Source: Bacillota bacterium (GTDB lineage Bacteria; Bacillota; Clostridia; Christensenellales; UMGS416). From it: a stretch of DNA of 64,000 nt. The stretch is from the NCBI GenBank assembly GCA_023422005.1, contig JAEZSC010000031.1:9514-73513 (forward strand), in the 5' to 3' direction. Shown here piece by piece: positions 59,678 through 64,000 of this stretch. How positions within the stretch are numbered: the first letter of the stretch is position 1; each line of letters begins with the position of its first letter. The notes beneath the pieces are model-generated. The model was not told where the DNA came from. It was given only the letters and a program-made list of their open reading frames with translations, and ran no database searches. The position numbers were made by a program, and so were the translations under genes.

Positions 59678-59899
59678 TTAGGACAACCGATCAATCAATG
59701 CAGCAATTGCTTGCACGGAGTTAAAGTTTTCGGGCACCAGATCCACAACGCTGATGTTGATACCGTAAGTGTCATTCAACTCTGTGACCAATGAGATGAT
59801 ATCGAAGGAATCCAGCACTCCGTTATCGACCAGCAGCGTTTCATTTTCAAAATCCACATCACTATGCAAACCCTTGAGGATGCCAAGCAACCTTTCCAT
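59678..59899 (-). CDS. Acyl/D-alanyl carrier protein (DltC-like)
   Basis: 73 aa with a phosphopantetheine-site motif GVLDSFDIISL. Confidence 0.8.
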   Translation of the reverse strand: MERLLGILKGLHSDVDFENETLLVDNGVLDSFDIISLVTELNDTYGINISVVDLVPENFNSVQAIAALIDRLS

Positions 59900-60063
59900 T
59901 CGTTATATACTCCTTCGTTTTTTGGTAGTTCTACATAGCAATACTATATCCTGCATAATTTGTCAATCGAAAATATGACTATTTATGCAGGTTGGTGACC
60001 TGCCATGTGATGGTGCCGCATCTCGACCATTAGGGGGCCGGCAATTCATACCAGACCCCCTGG

Positions 60064-60436
60064 TGGTCGAGGTGACAGGATTTGAAGGTTCAATGCGCTT
60101 GTGCGCGCAACGCCTGCGCCATTCCTCTTCAACCGCAGTGTTTCCTTGCTTCGCAGTTCGTACACTTTTGTCTCTGACTTCTACGGCAGGTTCTGCATTG
60201 CCATGCTCAACCATTAAGGGGTCCGGTAATATGTTACCGGACCCCTTAATGGTCGAGGTGACAGGATTTGAAGGTGCTATGCGCTTGCGCGCGCCACGCC
60301 TGCGCCATTCCTCTTTAACCGCGGTGTTTCCTTGCTGCGCAGATCGTGTGCGTTTCTCTCTGGCTTTCGCAGCGAGTTCAAAGCGACACCATATACGACC
60401 AAAAAGCTACCCGGTAATAAGTACCGGGTAGCTTTT
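60064..60436 (-). repeat. Two tandem ~186-nt units, each ending (minus strand) in the last ~26 nt of tRNA-Pro plus a long palindrome
   Basis: TGGTCGAGGTGACAGGATTTGAA recurs at 60064, 60250 and 60437 (the real tRNA). The adjacent ~98 nt of the two units align with about nine mismatches. Palindromes at ~60019-60073, 60206-60257 and 60396-60442. Confidence 0.85.
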
Positions 60437-60513
60437 TGGTCGAGGTGACAGGATTTGAACCTGCGGCCTCTGCGTCCCGAACGCAGCGCTCTACCAAACT
60501 GAGCCACACCTCG
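60437..60513 (-). tRNA. tRNA-Pro (anticodon CGG), CCA encoded
   Basis: Manual fold: acceptor CGAGGTG/CACCTCG, D arm GCTC..GAGC, anticodon arm CTGCG-TTCGGGA-CGCAG, T arm GCAGG-TTCAAAT-CCTGT; 77 nt. Confidence 0.9.
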
Positions 60514-60516
60514 ATA

Positions 60517-60565
60517 TGGAGCCAATGATGGGATTCGGACCCATGACCTGCGGTTTACGAATCCG
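60517..60565 (-). pseudogene. 3' half of tRNA-Thr (anticodon CGT), truncated in the anticodon stem
   Basis: CGGATTCGTAAACCGCAGGTCATGGGTCCGAATCCCATCATTGGCTCCA. No D arm or 5' acceptor strand upstream. The T loop reads TCCGAAT instead of TTCGAAT. Confidence 0.8.
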
Positions 60566-60734
60566 TTAACAAGCATTTCATAACATTTCTTAACGATGCA
60601 CAAGTTCAGCAAACGAGCCAAATAAACATGTTCATTATACATATTTTTTTGCAACTGCGCTTGATATTGATTATTGATGTGAACCATATGTGAACCATAT
60701 TCTTTATCCAAACAGACCAAACAGTTCCAGTATA

Positions 60735-61328
60735 TTACCCCGGAATCCCTAACGAATCGTGCAATTTCTGAATGTCAAGATACTCAAAAGCATAGCACGT
60801 ATCCGGCATTGTTGCACATTTGCCCTGAACATTTCGTGGGCAGTGCTCATAAAACAACGATCCGCTTTCTTGTGTCAGAGCTTTATTCATATAGATATGA
60901 TGATTTGCGTCAAAAAATAGCACAGAAAATAGACTTCCCCTTTTTTCTGCAACAACTCGCATACCAGTATTTAGTTCAGATGAAAACTGGTATAAACAGT
61001 TGCCCTCAACAATAGAGTCTATTCTTTCGTCTCTAAAGTGATAAGCCTTGAGAATTTGCTTGACTACATCGAGTTGGTCATCGCGTATTTGATGAAAATG
61101 CAACTGATCCCCCATCGACCTGTCAAGAAGATCTCTGTAACAGTGTTGTGAAAACAGTGGAAGAGCAAAAAAGACGAAAGAACTCAACTTTCCACTAAAA
61201 TCCGCCTCGTCAAGCACATAATTATTGAACACTCCCGGAATGTGAATGCAATCTTTCCGAAACTCTCGAAAAGTGAAAGTTATGTTTTGCCGTGATGTAT
61301 CCGGTTCAATAGGTGCGTTAACTGGCAT
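60735..61328 (-). CDS. Hypothetical 197-aa protein, candidate toxin partner of the Panacea-domain gene
   Basis: ATG overlaps the 3' end of the upstream DUF4065 gene by 11 nt. No recognisable family. AT-rich codon usage. Confidence 0.55.
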   Translation of the reverse strand: MPVNAPIEPDTSRQNITFTFREFRKDCIHIPGVFNNYVLDEADFSGKLSSFVFFALPLFSQHCYRDLLDRSMGDQLHFHQIRDDQLDVVKQILKAYHFRDERIDSIVEGNCLYQFSSELNTGMRVVAEKRGSLFSVLFFDANHHIYMNKALTQESGSLFYEHCPRNVQGKCATMPDTCYAFEYLDIQKLHDSLGIPG

Positions 61329-61785
61329 GAGAACCCGCGCTTACGAAATACTCGTAAATAAGTTTATCATCAATCCTAATATTGCACGGATCAAATGGGC
61401 TCAGTCCAGCACGGGCAGCAATCCATGGCCTTTCTAGATGTGAAATATCCTCAAGTTCGTCAGCAGTATAGCCTCCATAAACACCCCACACCTGTTCAAG
61501 AATGTCAAGAACATCCTGGGCTATATCGGTGGGAGCCTGTGCCATTGGAATGTCTCTCCACCCATGCTCCTTAAACATGTGATATGCAGGAGGACATACG
61601 GGCCCATGAACCCAAGCCTCAAACTTCTCTTCGAAAAGGAAGTTTTCTATACCAACCTCACATTCGTTTAACCTAGCTAGCGTCCAGGAATAGGCATAAT
61701 AAAGAAGCTTCTGCAGTTTCTTGTTGGACATTGAAGCCTTGCTTAAAAAGAACGAGCTAATCGTACCAACATTCGAATAAATCAA
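61318..61785 (-). CDS. Panacea (DUF4065, SocA-like) antitoxin-type protein
   Basis: KLQKLLYYAYSW ... FEAWVHGPVCPPAYHMFKEHG signature of the Panacea/DUF4065 domain. TTG at 61785 lies 8 nt after AGGAGG. Confidence 0.75.
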   Translation of the reverse strand: MIYSNVGTISSFFLSKASMSNKKLQKLLYYAYSWTLARLNECEVGIENFLFEEKFEAWVHGPVCPPAYHMFKEHGWRDIPMAQAPTDIAQDVLDILEQVWGVYGGYTADELEDISHLERPWIAARAGLSPFDPCNIRIDDKLIYEYFVSAGSHAS

Positions 61786-62040
61786 CGTTGCCACCTCCTG
61801 ACTATATTATTAAACTTCATGCCAAAAAGTCAATACTCATAACGAAATACGGCTGCGACGTCTTATTTATTTTCACTTGCTAGTAAGTCTATGCATCTTT
61901 GTAGAAGCAGATTTTCCTTTGCAAATCATCCCAAATCGGATAGATGGCCAACAGATTGGTTTCACATCGTGGCTGAGCTCAATTCGACAACATTCGCACA
62001 AATCAGCTGTTAACATGAGAATATATGTTTTTTATACGCT

Positions 62041-62304
62041 TTGTGTGCATTTACGAGGAGAATCTCGTATGAAGAAAGGGATTTGGTTTTCTTTCTAGCC
62101 TTAGTCCTCTTAGCTTCTAGTTGCAGCGGCCCCGTACTTGGCGCCACACACGCCCAGACCAACGCCGAAACATCAGAAGTTAGCCCGATGCTCGAAGCGG
62201 CCTCGGCAGGGGCTTACGTGAAGGCGCGGGAGAACCGCGGTCGATACTCCGGCAATGTGGCCGTATGGGAATTTCAGATATCGGTAACGAAAACGCAAAG
62301 TTGA
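62041..62304 (+). pseudogene. Small lipoprotein gene, apparently frameshifted
   Basis: A strong RBS (GAGGAG) precedes ATG at 62069, giving MKKGIWFSF-stop. The -1 frame continues as ...VFFLALVLLASSCSGP (signal peptide and lipobox). Confidence 0.4.
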
Positions 62305-62311
62305 TGGAATG

Positions 62312-62346
62312 CAGGCGGGCCAGCACTCGCGGCCCGCCTGTCTTTA
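62312..62346. terminator. Bidirectional terminator hairpin
   Basis: CAGGCGGGCC-loop-GGCCCGCCTG followed by TCTTT. Confidence 0.65.
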
Positions 62347-62352
62347 TACTGC

Positions 62353-63105
62353 CTAACCCAGAACCGCCCGCTCCACCACTGATTCCCCGCGCTCCCTAAA
62401 GCTGCTGAACCCGCTGCCTTTTACGTCGTCATAATACCAGCGCGGATACCCCCGCCGGCGCTGGGCACGCGCTTTCCTTTTCCGGTAGTCGTGCTCGACC
62501 AGCTCTTTAAGCCTCTGGTTCCTGCTCAAGTATCCCAGCGCGCTTACATGCATATTCCGCGCCTCGTTTTCCTGCATCAGCCCCATTGCTATGCCGGCAT
62601 CGCGCATGGTGAAGCCGTTGAAGTACATCAGGTGTATGAACTGGCGCTGCCGCTGGGGAAGGTTGTCCACTTCTTCCCTTACGATCCTTGCCACATCGCG
62701 CCGCGAAATAAGCTCCGCTGTATCCTCCAGTGAATCGTCAACGATTGCATCCACGTACTCCATGTCTTCGGAGCCGGGGATGGGTATGTTAAGGGACACG
62801 GAGTTATACTCCGGGTTCATTGTGCCGTGCTGAATGCCCAGGTGCTTCTGTAAGCAAGTGCGCGCAAACCAGCCATATACGGTTGTGAATTTTGCGCCGC
62901 GATCATCGAATTTATCAATGGCACGGTGCATTCCGTCAAAACACACCTGTTCCAAATCTTCATAGGAGTCCGCACCGTTAGCAATGGCGAATTTAAGATA
63001 CGGCTTTATATACTTGACAGTTACCCCTCGGTTTTGCTCCCATAGTTGCGAAATTAAGGATCGATCACCGGCTTGTATAGCCCATACCAGTTCTTCGTTT
63101 GTCAA
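62353..63105 (-). CDS. Sigma-70-family (region 2/4) protein of a mobile element
   Basis: Region 2-like DLEQVCFDGMHRAIDKFD and region 4-like LPQRQRQFIHLMYFNGFTMRDAGIAMG. TTG start after AGGAGGG. Confidence 0.65.
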   Translation of the reverse strand: MTNEELVWAIQAGDRSLISQLWEQNRGVTVKYIKPYLKFAIANGADSYEDLEQVCFDGMHRAIDKFDDRGAKFTTVYGWFARTCLQKHLGIQHGTMNPEYNSVSLNIPIPGSEDMEYVDAIVDDSLEDTAELISRRDVARIVREEVDNLPQRQRQFIHLMYFNGFTMRDAGIAMGLMQENEARNMHVSALGYLSRNQRLKELVEHDYRKRKARAQRRRGYPRWYYDDVKGSGFSSFRERGESVVERAVLG

Positions 63106-63269
63106 AGATGCCCTCCTGATAGTTTGACGCGCCAGCGTTGCTGCGCGCGATGTCCCGCCCTAGAGTTCCGTTGAAACACCCCCAACGTCTGCCATATACA
63201 CCGGTTGACTTTTTGTCGGCAATAAATTACAGTTATGCCATGGTGTATGGATAAAGGGGATGACGTAGC

Positions 63270-63518
63270 GTGTCAGTCGTGGCATATGCGTGGATTCTGT
63301 TTGCAACACTGCTTGTTGGGGCCGGATGCTGGTCCGTGGGGGAGCACATAATATCGGTGTTCCGTTCAAACGAGGAGCACAGCAGCGCCCAGGAGGCCAG
63401 GGCAAAATGGCTTAAGACCGTTGACAAGCCGCATGCATACGCAACAATTGCTCTTGCCGTAGTTTTCATCCTGGGCGCACTGCTCACCTATTCTTTCTTT
63501 GAATCTGTGGCGCGTTAA
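63270..63518 (+). CDS. Small two-TM membrane protein, hypothetical
   Basis: Hydrophobic segments at both ends of an 82-codon ORF. GTG start, no clear RBS. Confidence 0.3.
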   Translation: MSVVAYAWILFATLLVGAGCWSVGEHIISVFRSNEEHSSAQEARAKWLKTVDKPHAYATIALAVVFILGALLTYSFFESVAR

Positions 63519-63521
63519 CGC

Positions 63522-64000
63522 CTATCTGCCCCACAGAATTTCGTTTTTCATGGCGGTGCGAATCTTTTCGATTGTGTCGCCAATCGTCTTTTGCCGGATC
63601 GCTGCCGGCTTAAGCGCAAGGGTCGGGCGTAGCCGCTCGAGCTCAGCCGATACACGCTGCTGGAGCTCCTGCTGATAGCGGCCCTGCTGTTCGGGAGTAA
63701 GCACCATCGTCTTTTCCACGTTCGTATTGGGGTTGCTACCGGTCAACACGAACGGCAGGACAACCGGCACGCCATCAGCCGCCATGTCTGCAGCCGATTC
63801 ATACTGCTCTTTTGCCGCCTGTGTGATGGCGTTGCGCTGCCCATTCAAGCTGTTGATTTCGTCGCGCTTTACCTTGGGGTCCATCGTCGGTGAGTTTTCG
63901 ATGTCGCGAACCTGCGCGGACAACTCACCCACAGCGTCCGCCGCCGCGCTGATATAGCGGTACTTCGCTTCATCCGGGTACTGTGCTTCGGGGTTTTGCT
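63522..64000 (-). CDS. C-terminal part of a larger mobile-element protein (partial, runs off the window)
   Basis: The frame stays open from 64000 down to the stop at 63522 (…QNPEAQYPDEAKYRYISAAADAVGELSAQVRDIE…). Helical composition resembles C-terminal modules of large polyvalent ICE/phage proteins. Confidence 0.5.
   Translation of the reverse strand, partial: QNPEAQYPDEAKYRYISAAADAVGELSAQVRDIENSPTMDPKVKRDEINSLNGQRNAITQAAKEQYESAADMAADGVPVVLPFVLTGSNPNTNVEKTMVLTPEQQGRYQQELQQRVSAELERLRPTLALKPAAIRQKTIGDTIEKIRTAMKNEILWGR

Larger units (their letters stand above)
60566..64000. mobile_element. Left end of an integrated element (ICE or prophage-like) abutting the tRNA-Thr fragment; continues beyond the window
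   Basis: Abrupt AT-rich composition from 60566. TA-like pair, sigma-70-like gene, and a C-terminal piece of a large polyvalent-type protein. A truncated tRNA serves as the att remnant. Confidence 0.65.

Noticed and set aside
60064-60436. Considered whether the ~186-nt tandem units are a CRISPR array, extra tRNA genes or a tmRNA.
   Set aside because: The repeat unit is far too long, with no short unique spacers and no cas genes. The T stem and the whole 5' half of a tRNA are missing (GCACC cannot pair with CCTGT). There is no tmRNA tag ORF or alanine-type acceptor.
59985-60720. ORFs 59985..60431 (+) and 60277..60720 (-) spanning the tRNA region.
   Set aside because: They translate straight through tRNA-Pro, the tRNA-Thr fragment and the tandem repeat units. 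The repeated peptide (VVEVTGFEG…RLRHSS) merely reflects the DNA repeat.

Overview
High-GC, Clostridia-like chromosomal segment, judged from GGAGG-type RBSs, sporulation-type genes and tRNAs with encoded CCA. About 55 protein genes are supportable. Many long antisense ORFs in the track are GC artefacts.

Main structural result: a ~33.4 kb island (4158..37605) with a large serine recombinase at its left end sits in frame inside a PdaB-like polysaccharide deacetylase gene. The two gene halves, a shared TC crossover dinucleotide and a reconstructible palindromic attP are all readable in the sequence.

Island cargo:
- perR-katG
- an OmpR/HK pair with a coupled unknown membrane protein and a VanY-like peptidase
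- a ytfI/gerW-like pair
- a sugar-phosphate cassette (SIS isomerase, ROK kinase, ROK repressor, HAD, deoxyhypusine-synthase-like protein, PfkB kinase)
- a YtfQRT/YjfF-like ABC importer with a three-component sugar sensor
- a DUF2975 / small HTH / lipoprotein trio
- a heterodimeric ABC exporter
- a class-C-type serine hydrolase

Right of the island lie housekeeping and envelope genes: an FAD oxidoreductase, a permease, an SGNH hydrolase, a URO-D-like protein, a vWA membrane protein, parE-parC-like topoisomerase genes, and a dlt-like carrier-protein/MBOAT cluster.

Next comes a tRNA integration hotspot. It holds an intact tRNA-Pro(CGG), two tandem ~186-nt units that each end in the tRNA-Pro 3' end plus a long palindrome, and a truncated tRNA-Thr(CGT) 3' half.

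The truncated tRNA-Thr abuts an AT-rich mobile element (60566..window end). That element carries a Panacea (DUF4065) antitoxin-type gene overlapping an unrecognisable 197-aa partner, which is a candidate new toxin.

A 63-nt double-hairpin intergenic repeat occurs twice (2806 and 49018). No rRNA genes, CRISPR arrays or cas genes were seen.
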